A stretch of 64,000 nt of DNA. Origin: Selaginella moellendorffii (lineage: Eukaryota; Plantae; Lycopodiophyta). Shown in pieces: positions 1 through 11,190 of the stretch. The stretch spans positions 2,744,494 to 2,808,493 of the forward strand of contig NW_003314268.1 in NCBI RefSeq assembly GCF_000143415.4. Direction: 5' to 3'. Numbering within the stretch: the first letter of the stretch is position 1; each line of letters opens with the position of its first letter. Both the position numbers and the translations under genes were made by a program. Below the pieces are notes generated by a model. The model ran no database searches. It had not been told where the DNA came from and saw only the letters and a program-made list of their open reading frames with translations.

Positions 1-144
1 CTGGATCAGCAGCACGAAAGAGTTGATCGTTTCCGGATGCAGACTTGTGGCGAGCACCAGGAAGAGCAGACGGTGGCAGCCGCCTTGGTGGCCTCAGGAG
101 CTCGCGAATTAGGGGGTCAGCATCCGCCTTCTGCCTACCGGCAT

Positions 145-620
145 TCAACTGCGATGATATACTTTGGTCGGGGGAATATTAATGAGGTGCTCCTGCTGGC
201 TGCTGCTGCTGCCGCTGTTGCCACTGCCAGGCTGATGGCCATACTCCACGAAGATGTCGTCGTGCACCTTGTTCCTTCTCCTCTTCAAGAGTATCCAGAC
301 TCCAGTGACGATGGCTACCAGCGCGAGCAGGAGCATGACGATGCCTGCCGCGAGCACACCGGGTGATGCCACGAATGCTGCTGCTGCTGAAGATGGTGCT
401 GACGACGCAGTAGGCGGAGAGGTGCCCAAGCCAAGGGGCCTTGTTATGGTCGAAGGTGGTGGCGATAGCGGCCTTGGGTTCCACGTTATACTCGAAGGTG
501 GTGGCGATGGCGGCCCGGCCCTCCTTGGTCGCCAGGCTACAGTCTCGGGCTTGTTGGTCGGCGAAGAAGAAGGTACCAGAGAAGTGGGAGACTCGAAGTA
601 TTTCAGCTCAAACTCGCTTG
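145..620 (-). other. Pro/Ser-rich, single-transmembrane ORF fragment (receptor-like ectodomain/TM piece or pseudogene; may continue beyond the window edge)
   Basis: Open frame ...PPSPPPSSIT...PLSPPPSTIT... (42-bp internal duplication), then hydrophobic GVLAAGIVMLLLALVAIVTGVWILL followed by KRRR. No in-frame ATG was found. Confidence 0.3.
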
Positions 621-699
621 CTTACCACTTCCTTTTTTAGGGCATTAAAGTGTCTAAGTACTTACGATGTGTACGGTAAACGAATGTTTTTGGACAAAT

Positions 700-1280
700 A
701 TGAATAAGATTCGCAAGAACAACGAGCTTCCACTCATCGCCTGTAAGCTCAGTCTACAGATGAGCATTAAGATGCAGCGAGTTCCACCATGCACACGTAC
801 TTTGTAGTTGGCTTTCAACACATCGATCGATGTCCGCGTGATATGGCCCTTCCAGACATCCTCTCACCCATGATCTGAGACAATTCGTCCACAGAAGAAC
901 TCCCTAAACCTTACCTTCATTGCTACCTCGTCCCAGCAACATCAACCATCTTGTGATTGATTTCCAGCGACGGAATTCTGCCAAGATCGACGAACTCCTT
1001 CCCCGGAACGTGGTCATGGGAAGAAAAAACATCAGAATCAGAACAAAGACAGAGCGCATGAACCTTTGCAACGCCCACCCCGACAATGATCGAATCCATT
1101 TTGTTGAAGACGCAGTTGGGCAAATGCACGGGAATACGGCCTCCTCGGCCGCATCCCTTCTCTCGTCCTCCTTTGCGTTCGCCAAGGACGCGATGAACTG
1201 GTCAAACAAGTGATAGATGATGTCCGCCGTGAAGATCTTCACGCTCAGCTCTTCCGACAAGTCTGTGGCCTCATTTGGCG
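700..1280 (-). pseudogene. eIF5B (translation initiation factor 5B) C-terminal fragment, frameshifted
   Basis: Motifs VKIFTADIIYHLFDQF, AEEAVFPC / LPNCVFNK (frameshift between them), EFVDLGRI..EINHK, SIDVLKANYK-intron-ELTGDEWKLVV. No GTPase domain. Confidence 0.8.
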
Positions 1281-1356
1281 CGAGAGTGTGGTTATGAATG
1301 AAAACAATATCAAAGCATTCGTATCTTCTGTTTTTTTTTTTTTTTTTCACAAAAAG

Positions 1357-4300
1357 CTATGTATGATCTGGGATGTTGTGATCCTCCGCTTGCAAAACTC
1401 CCTTGAGGCTGCGCGTAAGCCAGATGGCCGTCTCGCGCGGAGAGACCTTGTCGCTGCCAAACGGCCTCAGCACGATGGCCAGCTCGTCCAGCCGGTGCTG
1501 CGACAGCAGCTGCGCGCACAGCTCCAGCAGCCCCTCCAGCGCCTCCGCCCTCTGCCGGAACGATTTCACGTCGATCCCTTTGCTGCTCGATCGGTTCTCC
1601 TCGCTTGCTTGCTGCTGTGACACTAACACCTCCGGCGTTGGCGGGCATGGATGGCTGCTGCTCACCGTCGTACCCGACGAAGAGACCGAGAGGACGTCCT
1701 TGTCCGAGCTCTGGAGCTCGATCACCGAGCATCCAATGTCAACTTTGCCTGGCAGCTCCAACTCGCTGCTGTCGAGCGGATGATCCGACTGCTGCTGCTG
1801 CTGTTGCTCTCCCGATCCGATCCGAAACGTGCTGTGGCGGATGACGTGAATCACGTCGTTGTAAGCTGGCCGGACCTGGACCGGGGACTTGTCGTAGACC
1901 TGTATGGTGCCTTTCTCCTGGGACCTGTTGTTGCTGCCGCCTTGCTCGCTCTCGCAGTCGTAGGACTTGTACGAGGAAGAGACCGTCTCCTTCTCCGTCG
2001 ACCTGTCCGCCAGCTCTTCCGACTCGCACTCTCGATCCATCATGGCCGCCGCAGGCTTGTCCTGGTCTTCGGAGCATGCACACGGCGTTTCCGGACGGAG
2101 GATCGCTTCTTTCTCCTCTGGCTTGTCCTCGGCGTCCACCCTCTGGAAACTATTCAGCAGCTTGGTCACTGATTTGGTGCTTTCCCGGAGATTGTCTTCT
2201 TCATAGTCACACGTCGACGAGTAGCTTGGCTTTTCTTGTTGCATCACCGCAGGGAGTGCTGGAGATGGAGGCTGAGGCGGGAACCCGTTCATTCTTAGAA
2301 AAGTTGGCGAAGAGTCGATCTTCTTGTAGCTCAGCCATGGAGACTCCATTTTGAAGTGAGACTGCCCAACTGATGGTTCCGGAGCTTGAAACCTGTCAGT
2401 TGCTGCCGAGTCTCTGGCGACTGCTTCGGTAACACCACAGAGAGTTTCCGCTCTGGCGAGAGGGAACTCTGGAATCAAATCCAGCCTTGGTGCGTTCATC
2501 GAAACATCTGGAGACTCCCCACTGACCGAGCCAAGTACCTGATCCGAATCGGACTGAACAGAAGAAAGCTGCTCGTCGACAACAAACTCACCGCGTTTGG
2601 TAGTATTCGCCACCCGAGGATGGAAAGGTGCGAGTTTTGATGGCTCAGTCGAGACTGGAGCATCGCATGCGGCGTCCTCAAAAATTCGATTCTTGTACGT
2701 ATTGCTCACAGGCGTTCCGTTCTGGAAGTTGCTCGCTGCCGGAATTCGACTTCTTAGTGGCGAGGAACTTCTTCTTCCAGCGGACGCCTTCGGCAGAGTA
2801 GACCTTTGAGCTGGACTTCCAAAAGCCGGAGAACGTGTGGCTTTTGCAGCTGGGAGTTTTTCTTCGACAGGTTGTAGAGCGAAGACAGGTGTGGCAACAA
2901 GCTCGGCTTTCACTTTAGCCTGAACAAGTAAGCACCAGTAAGAAACATAATAATAGCAAACAAAGCTTACTATGTGCTTTGGTAGTGGTATTTGAGTTGC
3001 TTTGTACCCGACGTCTGTTTTCATTCTCGATCTTTCAGGAGTCCGGGAAGGCGGAGAAGCTATAGCACGGCTAACATGAGTCACTCTAGCCGGTGAGCTG
3101 CTGATTGGAAACTTCTCATCCCCCTCATCCTTTTCAGTCGAGGTGTTTTCCGTTCCCTTCGAAATAGCACAGTGGTGCCGCTTTCCCATGCGGCTGTCCT
3201 CGGCCCATGCTACGTCTTGTAGATCCGTATCTTCTGTCGGTGACAGTGGCAAGGCATTAGCCGAAAGGTACTGACTGGACGATCTCGACGTTTCTTTTCC
3301 AGAAGCAGCGTCGTTCCATATTGGACTGGAGCAATCTACCATGTTATCTTGAGCACCACCCCAGCGACAATCACTAGAGTCGAAAGTTCTGCAAGGACTG
3401 CTCTTTCCACTGTTATAGCTGTCCTTGCCACTGCTCGAGTTGCTTATTCGACTGGCATCTCCGTTTTGAGGTCGGTGTTTTGACTGCCTATCCGGTGTAG
3501 AAGATTTGAGAAGGCTAACTTGAGTTTGGCATAGTGTAACATGTGCCTGCAGATGTGGATGACGAAGCAGATCTCCTGCCTATTGATTTATAAATCCATT
3601 AGAACAAATATAAGACATGCCTACAACCTACCGTTGGGCGATGTTCTGGATTTTTCCTCAGCATGCTCCTGATTATGGACTTTCTGCAGGCAAGTAACAG
3701 TAAGTAATAAGAGGCCGCTACGCTTTATAAAGACTTACAAGGTATTGGAATAGTTGTTGGGTAGAGGTCCTACAGTAGACTTGTTGATTTTACTGATCAA
3801 TCCTTGCATATCCTGCAAGATAAATTGGTAAATCATTGGGAAAGCTTCGGTACATAACTTACGAAGGCTTTGAAAGCAGGTCGGTGAGCAGCCATCTCAT
3901 ACATACAACATCCTAGCATTTCAAAAGATCAAGAAAATCAATGCGACAAGCTTGGAACCATCATCAGCATACCTAACGACCATATATCTGATTTGAAGCC
4001 ATATGGGATGTCGGCAAGAAGTTCCGGGCACATATAATTTGGGGTCCCAACCACCTGCAATGTTTTCTTCCTGTCAAATTCGCTGCCAAAACAGAATAGA
4101 ACTTACAGATGAAGCTAGATCATCTGCTTTAAGCAATTTGGCAAGGCCAAAATCTCCTGCTCATATAAAAAATATGCGTCAGCAAGTAGCAAGCAAAATG
4201 AACTGAAACTGGCATACCAAGTCGAATGTCTTGATCTTTTGTCAAAAATATGTTCGAGCACTGAAAAGTAGAAGAGCTTGAAACCAAATTCTGTCAGCGT

Positions 4301-5035
4301 TCAAAACGGTGCCTACCTTCAAGTCACGATGTAGTACGTGATTCGAATGAAGGTATTCCACAGCTAGAAGAAGCTGCGTAAACCACCTGCACAGCTTCTG
4401 CAAAATTTCAAAAGCGGTGATTGCTTCTTGTTGCTATGGATAGAGCTATAAAAACCTCTTCAGGAAAGAACGTTCCGTTGGATCTTCTGATCATCTCGGC
4501 CCTGGCAAGAAGTCAAACTCATTTTAGTGCTCTGTAGAGACGTAAAGGAGCACCCTCTTACGGTTCAAATGACTTACATATCACCCCCTTCACAATATCC
4601 AGTAACGATGCAAACATAGCATCCCTGTTACATCCAGTTATAGTCCATAAGCTGAACAGATCAAAGAGCAACACTCACCTTTTCGACCCAGGATTCCTTG
4701 TGGTCGACAATGTACGGATGAGTTATCCCAGCGATAAGTGCCATCTTCGAAATTTACACAAATTCTGTCTCGTGAAAGGAATCCAGAAAGGAAAAGGCTT
4801 TACCTCTTGATGAGCAGATCTCCTGCACCTATCAGTCTGTCGCGCAAGCCTGATTTTCTTCAACACATATCTGCAAGAGAACACACTTCATCAGCCAAGA
4901 AGAAAAATCTTAGCCAATTCTCAGCACTCACTTCTTCTTCTCGATTTTGTGATTGACGAGTATCGCAGAACCAAATGCCCCTCTCCCAACCTGCTCCATA
5001 ATCTCGTACTGATCCATCCTGGACTCCATTGCCAT
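1357..5035 (-). CDS. NEK: NIMA-related Ser/Thr kinase (plant NEK6-like), multi-exon
   Basis: Exon 1 (M)[26 protein letters not shown]; kinase motifs HRDLKCSNIFL, GDFGLAK and GTPNYMCPE in short exons; plant NEK C-terminal motif [12 protein letters not shown]...[10 protein letters not shown]. Start is 5035 or 5029. Confidence 0.95.
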
Positions 5036-5411
5036 TGAATCCGCCTTTTCCTGTTACCCTGTGTGGTCTGCTCCTCAAGAAACTAAATGCACGCCATAAC
5101 GCTCCCTCTTTAAAGAACTCCCCTTCCCTTGATCCAAAGAAACTTGAGCCACCTACATTACAAGCCCGCTATCTCATCTTGGTAGATCTGCATTGCCCGG
5201 ACGAAGATCCGGAGAGGACTCTCTTCACTGAGCACCGTAACCTGTCCGCCATAGCCTGTTCCACAGGGAGCATAATCGCGCCGAGGGAGTGGCGACTATA
5301 GCTTTGTCCCTATAACCTTTCCATCCGGCATTGAGTTAAAGCGCAGTTCCTGTGGGCCTCTGATCAGAAGAGCTGCGGCTTGCCGACACACCGTCGCGTT
5401 AGCGAGCTGGT

Positions 5412-5498
5412 CTATTCCACGGCAAAGAAGGAATGAGGGTGGAATCTGGCACTGACAGGGCAAGGACAAGGCACGCAGCTGCTCTGGCGATCCACCAT
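5412..5498 (-). promoter_or_regulatory. Upstream ORF (28 aa, MVDRQSSCVPCPCPVSARFHPHSFFAVE) in the NEK 5' leader
   Basis: ATG at 5498 and TAG at 5414-5412. It lies just downstream of a probable 5'UTR intron (GTAAG at 5625 to CAG at 5536). Confidence 0.6.
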
Positions 5499-6227
5499 AA
5501 TCTCCGCTTATCCGCTAAGAAATCTCGCCCGGAACCTGGAGATCAATCAAAGGAATAAGAAATCGCTCGAAATCCCCGAGAAAGAAGAGAGAGCGAAATC
5601 TCCGACAGGTAAAATCCGAGCTTACCGGCGCTAGAGATTTCGCGGCCGGGAACACGAGCACGAGCGCCTTGTGATCTCCATCGATCTTGATGGATCGTCG
5701 CTACCGCTGCTGCGATTGCTGGAGACGCGATTCAAGGCGCCACGCTGCTCTCTTAAATGCCGCTGCTCCATTCAAAGCCCTAAACGAGGAAGTATAAACA
5801 CTACTACAGAGAGAAAGGGTCGGTTGTGTGTGAGGCTTTCATACTTTCATAGAGGAAAGGAATGGAAGAGCATGCAGTCTTTACGAACACCAGCCTATAA
5901 CTTCCCATCTTATCCCACAGCCCAGACAAGTAAATCCAGGGAACGTATAGGCTGGTGCGTCATTGTCTCTTGTTAATTACCGGCCAGCTGTTTTTCACAA
6001 CACACCTTTTACCTTTTTGAGTGATTTTTTTTCACTGCGAAGTAAAAATCACAATCAGCATTGCTGTGTTGATCTAGCATTGCATCATTGATGTCGTACT
6101 TTAACCAAACTTTACGCAGCACATGGTTAGAACATTGATGTTCCAGCAATAACAAAAAAATCGAATATATAACCTTGGGAACTATTCTAACTTGTACAAC
6201 GAACCCGGGGACCACATTTTTCTATCT

Positions 6228-7940
6228 CTATGTATGGTTTAGGGCATTTGCAAAGAGTGTGTAGGCAGTCACATCTTCTCCACCAAGCTGTGCGGCCGCC
6301 AAGGATCCAATGGCAAGATCATTGTGGGCAATGCAATTCGATAGAAGGCATCTCCATTCCAGGGAATCAGGTGCAAATGCCATGGTCGTCAAGAGTTCTC
6401 TTGCGTCGTCAAGATACCCAGCCCTGGCAAGGATGCCTAACAAGCAAGAGTAGTGCTGCTTTGTGGGTTCCAGGCTATGATCAAATTTCATGGAAAGGAA
6501 GAATCTCTTGCTGGTGTTGACGCCACTGCTGCTGGAAGAGATTAAGATTGGGGAGAATGAAGCATTGTCATGATCTACGATGAGATTGGTCTCGTAGAAA
6601 AGCTCCAGTGCCATGGTAAACTGCCCGTTTTGCGAGTAGGCATTTAGCATCGCGCTACACGAAACCAGGCTACGCTCCGGCATTTTGTCGAATATAGATC
6701 TAGCGAGATCGAGATGCCCTTCCTGGGCATATGCGACCAGCATTGCGGTCCAGCTGGCAAGGTCCCTGAGTGGGATTCCATGGAATACTCGTAATGACTC
6801 TCCCACATGCCCAGATGTGGCATATGCTACAAGCATGGCCGTGCAGGAGAAGGAATCTTGGACGGGGAGTGTGGAATCTTGAAGATGACGTGCTGCCTCG
6901 AGCGCTCCAGTACGGGCCAAAGTTGCAACCATTGCATTGCACGAGACAAGATCGACAAATGGAAGTTGATGAAAAATATTCCTTGCGTCTCGCAAATGTT
7001 TGGAACTATTCGCTAGAGCGGCCAGCATTGTGGTGGAAGACTGGAGGCTATGAACCGGCATGTTTTGGTACACGGATTTAGACTCCTCAAGATGCCCTTT
7101 CACGGCATATGCCCAGAGCATTGTATTCCAGGACACCGTGTTGCGCTCTGGCATCGTATTAAAGATTCTTTTTGCTTCGAGAAGGTTTCCTGCTCGAGCA
7201 TAAGCCGCAAGAATCGTGTTCCAGGAGATTAAGTCATGCCCGGGACAAGAATCAAACAGTTTCCTAGCAGTATACAGTTGACCACTTTCGGCATATGCAA
7301 AAATGATAGCGTTCCAGCAAGCTTGATCTCTATATTCCATCTGATCAAACACTGTAGCTACGAATTCCAGAGAAAAAGAGTGATCTGTAAACTCTCTAAT
7401 AATTATTGTGCAAGATATAATACTAATTTCTGGGATCTCTTCAAAGAGCTCCCTACATTTTGTAAGATGCCCACCTTTGGCATTTGCAAAGAGAATTGTG
7501 TTCCATGCATATAAATCTCGCATTGGCATCAAATCAAACAGAGCCCCTGCCTGGCTAATGCCACCATTTCGTGCAAACGCTCCCAGCAGTGCGGTCCAGA
7601 CAATAAGATTCCTTCCCGGAAACCGATCAAACAAGAGCTCGGCTTCTCGCAAATGCCCACGCTCACTCAATGCGGTGATCATCGCGGAACACGAACAGGG
7701 CGTGAGGATCGGCATCGCTGCCAAGAGCTCCCGCGCCAACTGGAGTCGATCGCTGCGAAGCGCCGCCACGAGCATCAGATCCCAGCTGAAGGAATCCCTT
7801 CGCGATCCCAACTTGCGAAAGATCTCGAGCGCGGGATGGACGCTTCCACTCCTGCCGTGCTTCTCGATCATCTTATTCGCGGCAAACACATCAATTCGAG
7901 AGGAGAGGAAGAGGAAAGAAACTCTCTCGATTCCATTCAT
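6228..7940 (-). CDS. PLS-class pentatricopeptide repeat protein with truncated E domain, no DYW; intronless
   Basis: Repeated motifs of the type D/N-x-VSWNxILxAYAxxG-x-LxxAxxIFDxMP, then HYSCLLGILARAGYLDDARELLTTM.F.PD...WRCLL. Start codon uncertain (7940 or about 7871). Confidence 0.88.
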   Translation of the reverse strand: MNGIERVSFLFLSSRIDVFAANKMIEKHGRSGSVHPALEIFRKLGSRRDSFSWDLMLVAALRSDRLQLARELLAAMPILTPCSCSAMITALSERGHLREAELLFDRFPGRNLIVWTALLGAFARNGGISQAGALFDLMPMRDLYAWNTILFANAKGGHLTKCRELFEEIPEISIISCTIIIREFTDHSFSLEFVATVFDQMEYRDQACWNAIIFAYAESGQLYTARKLFDSCPGHDLISWNTILAAYARAGNLLEAKRIFNTMPERNTVSWNTMLWAYAVKGHLEESKSVYQNMPVHSLQSSTTMLAALANSSKHLRDARNIFHQLPFVDLVSCNAMVATLARTGALEAARHLQDSTLPVQDSFSCTAMLVAYATSGHVGESLRVFHGIPLRDLASWTAMLVAYAQEGHLDLARSIFDKMPERSLVSCSAMLNAYSQNGQFTMALELFYETNLIVDHDNASFSPILISSSSSGVNTSKRFFLSMKFDHSLEPTKQHYSCLLGILARAGYLDDARELLTTMAFAPDSLEWRCLLSNCIAHNDLAIGSLAAAQLGGEDVTAYTLFANALNHT

Positions 7941-7952
7941 CAATTTCAATTT

Positions 7953-9317
7953 TCAGCCTCGAGCGATCGACCCATGGGCTGCTTCCTCCAAAACCCGCTG
8001 GATCGCAACATCAAACGCATCACCCTCCAGCCGATCAGACCCTCCCCCGTGCGCGTAGATCAATCTGGGCGCCATCTCCAGCAAGCGCGCTCTCATTGCG
8101 GCCACCTCCTCGCGCGGGAACCTCCCAAGAACCTCGGAGATGCTCACGTTCCCGCCCTTGATCTCCTCCTCACGGACGAACACAGAGTAGCCACGCGGAT
8201 CGTCCGGAAGGTGCCACGTGTACTGCGAATATGCCGAGTCCTCGTGGAAGAACACCGGGATACACCCGGCGACGATGGCATCAAACACGGATCGTCGAGT
8301 GGCGCTATCGCCGCGCGGCTGGAGGCAAAATTCCGCGCTGAGGAACGCCGCGGCGATGGGCGCCGGATCGTGTCCGCAGCGTCGCTCACCACAGTCGACG
8401 AATTTGCACCGCGCGCTCGCCTCGCCCACGCACTGATCCAGCAGTAAGCTCCGGATGCTCGCTTCCTGCGATGGCCGGGGAGCCCCCGCAAACGCGAACA
8501 AGTAGCTCCTCCGCGAGCCCCGGACTCTCGCGACCCAATCGCCCAGCTCGCCGCGAGAGCCCGGATGGAACGCAGTCGGGTATGGTACCGCGTGTTGCCG
8601 GCGACGAGGATCCCACGGATTCTTCTCCACGAACAGCACGCTCATGCTCGAGAACTTTGGAGACGCGAGGATCGGCGTCCCCCAGCGATCAAGGTCCGGG
8701 TTTGATCCAGCTCCAAAGTCCCAGGCTGTTCTTCCCATCACCACGAAGTGGTCTCGACCGCCGCCGCCCTGTTCTTCATCCCAAAACTTCCTCGCGGCGT
8801 TCCTCTCGAGCCACTCCGCCACCCCGGCTCCATGCAAGCTCTTGTTGGCGCCGGGGTTGTAGAGGTAGTGCAAGGCGTCCAGCCCGGCGTAGTATGGGAC
8901 GTAGAACGCGTTTGCTCGAGCTGGATCGTCTGTGAGGCACTCGTAGCTCGCCATTCTCCGGTGGAAGATCACCTCGAGCATGTATGAGTCGGTCTTGTAC
9001 CACCCTTTTCCCAGCAGCGGCTCGAACTCCTGTGGCACTGGCTGTCCAAATCCGTCGTTGGAGACGTGATCGCAGAAGTTGAGCCAGTTGACAATGCCCG
9101 AGTTGCATCGCTCGAGCAGCTGCGAGTTGAATTCACTGGGGAGATCGTAGACGAAGACCCTCTTGCCTTTGCAGCCGTCTACGCTGCTGTTCTTTCCCAG
9201 TGAAAGTTCCTGAGAGGTTTGCTCCCGAGTTCCTGGACTCGAGTTGCGAAAGAACAGCAGCGCCATACCGGATACCAGAAAGCAATACAGACTTGCTGTT
9301 GCTACTGATTTCTTCAT
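7953..9317 (-). CDS. GT47 exostosin-family glycosyltransferase (xyloglucan galactosyltransferase MUR3/XLT2-like), intronless
   Basis: N-terminal TM, C.GKRVFVYDLP.EFN, WYKTD.YMLEVIFHRRM, GGRDHFVVMGRTAWDF, FCLQPRGDSATRRSVFDAIVAGCIPVFF. Confidence 0.93.
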   Translation of the reverse strand: MKKSVATASLYCFLVSGMALLFFRNSSPGTREQTSQELSLGKNSSVDGCKGKRVFVYDLPSEFNSQLLERCNSGIVNWLNFCDHVSNDGFGQPVPQEFEPLLGKGWYKTDSYMLEVIFHRRMASYECLTDDPARANAFYVPYYAGLDALHYLYNPGANKSLHGAGVAEWLERNAARKFWDEEQGGGGRDHFVVMGRTAWDFGAGSNPDLDRWGTPILASPKFSSMSVLFVEKNPWDPRRRQHAVPYPTAFHPGSRGELGDWVARVRGSRRSYLFAFAGAPRPSQEASIRSLLLDQCVGEASARCKFVDCGERRCGHDPAPIAAAFLSAEFCLQPRGDSATRRSVFDAIVAGCIPVFFHEDSAYSQYTWHLPDDPRGYSVFVREEEIKGGNVSISEVLGRFPREEVAAMRARLLEMAPRLIYAHGGGSDRLEGDAFDVAIQRVLEEAAHGSIARG

Positions 9318-9562
9318 GGATATCTATGCAAGAGGAGATCTGCGTTGGTATTTTCTTCAAGTGACAAAAGAGAAAGTTTGTTGTTACCTTTATTCGGTGG
9401 CTCGGGAATCGTTCGTGCTTGAAGAAAACGTTAGCAAGCAGCTTCGAAGGCAAGAAGAAAACTTTCCATAAAGCGAACCTTGAGATCGAGAGAAGTATCG
9501 AAATGCATGGGGCCTTCGAATATAAGAGGAAAAGAAAACGAAAAAAGAAAATGACTTGCCGA

Positions 9563-10897
9563 TTAGATGCTTGCCAGCTTCTGAATCACTCTAGACTTTT
9601 CCGCGTCGATGATCCCGCATATGGCGTTCACTGATCTCTCTAGTTGCCCGTCCGAGTTAACCACCGCGTAATCAAACTCTTCCAGTCTCTTGAGCTCGTC
9701 TCTTGCGGTTGCTACTCTCACCACCAGTTTCTCCATGCTCTCCGTCTTTCTTTCTATCAGTCTCTTCACCAGAGCAAACTCCGACTCTGCGACGATGTAG
9801 ATGAAAACGGCGTTGGAGCCGAGTATCGAGCGAACTGTGGCAGCTCCTTGGACGTCAACTCTCAAAACGACGTCCTTCCCTTCGGCCAAGCAATCTCGCA
9901 CCTACATGAAATTAGAAAAACCGAAGGAGAGATAGATAGACCAGCTTACTTGTTTCTTAGGAATCCCTTTATAATCTCCGTAGACCAGCGCATGCTCCAA
10001 GAGCTCTTTCTTGTCAATCATCTCCTCAAACTCTTCCTTGCTGACGAAGTAGTAGTCGACACCATGAACTTCTCCGGGACGCTTTTGCCTGCTAGTGGCG
10101 GTCACCACGAAATGTATCTCCTTCCTCACTTCTTGAAGCCTCTACACAAGACACAACCATGGAGAAATCAGCCCGAGAAACCAGACAATCCACAAACCTT
10201 GATGACAGAGTCTTTGCCAACACCGCTTGGGCCACTGATGACAATTACCAGAGGCTTTGGTGCGGGAACTTGAGGCCCGACATCGAAAGGCGTCCCCAGT
10301 GCCTCCTCGAGCTGCGTCATCATTTTCACCTGGAACATGAAGAGCCAACCAGTAAGAACATGAAAGAGAACTAGGAAAAGAACCTTAAGAAACTTACGAG
10401 CATAGATATAGATTCATAAGAAGAACAAGGAAATCAAGAACATAGACAAAGGAGAACAAGGAAAGAAGCTTACAACACACACAGGGATTGAAGAAGAAAC
10501 TTACGAGCGTAGATATTCATAGGAAGAACAAGGAAAAGAAGCTTACAACGCGAAGATGAAACTTACGAGCATAGATAGCAAAGAAAAGAAAGAGCTCCAA
10601 TACCTCGTTGAGGCCACTGGCGATGTCCGAGGGCGACGCTCCGGTCGAGTCTTTGTCTTTACATCCTGAAGCAAAGCTTGACAAGAGTGAGGACCAGGAA
10701 GGAGGAGGCCGATGATGCTTTGGACGCCTACTACCACTCCCACTACACAGCTCACTCACTCTCCCAAGTTTTAGCGAGCAGAACAAGCGGCTGGCAGTCA
10801 TTCTCTGCGGCGGAAAACGATGGAAATCTCTCACACAGCGGTGGGATTTGACGAGAACAAGCCTCGCGGCTCGAGGAGGGAGCCTAAATGCGCTCAT
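9563..10897 (-). CDS. Organellar guanylate kinase, multi-exon
   Basis: Transit-peptide-like N-terminus; [14 protein letters not shown]-loop; [21 protein letters not shown]; [16 protein letters not shown]; VLRVDVQGA. Confidence 0.93.
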
Positions 10898-11190
10898 CGA
10901 TTCCTTCCTTGCTTGTTACAATCCCTGGAAATGCAATGCACGCTACAGCTACATTGCGAGTGTGCCGGATTTTCTAACCAGACATGGATCGCGATGACGC
11001 CCTGCCCGCGATCGGAGAGAGCGACGCTTTTTCTTTGCTTCTTCCACGCTGGGGCAAAATTAGGGCAAGCGGGCAAATACCAAAGCCCTAAACAATCGCG
11101 GTATAAAGGCCGGGCGGCCACCAAATTTGGACCTCGCTTTTAGGGTTCTTCCGGAAACTTTGGAGGGCTTTTGGCGGGGGAGGGGGAGAG

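Noticed and set aside
1210-2809. Many + strand ORFs over the NEK last exons
   Set aside because: Antisense shadows of a GC-rich CDS with no recognisable motifs.
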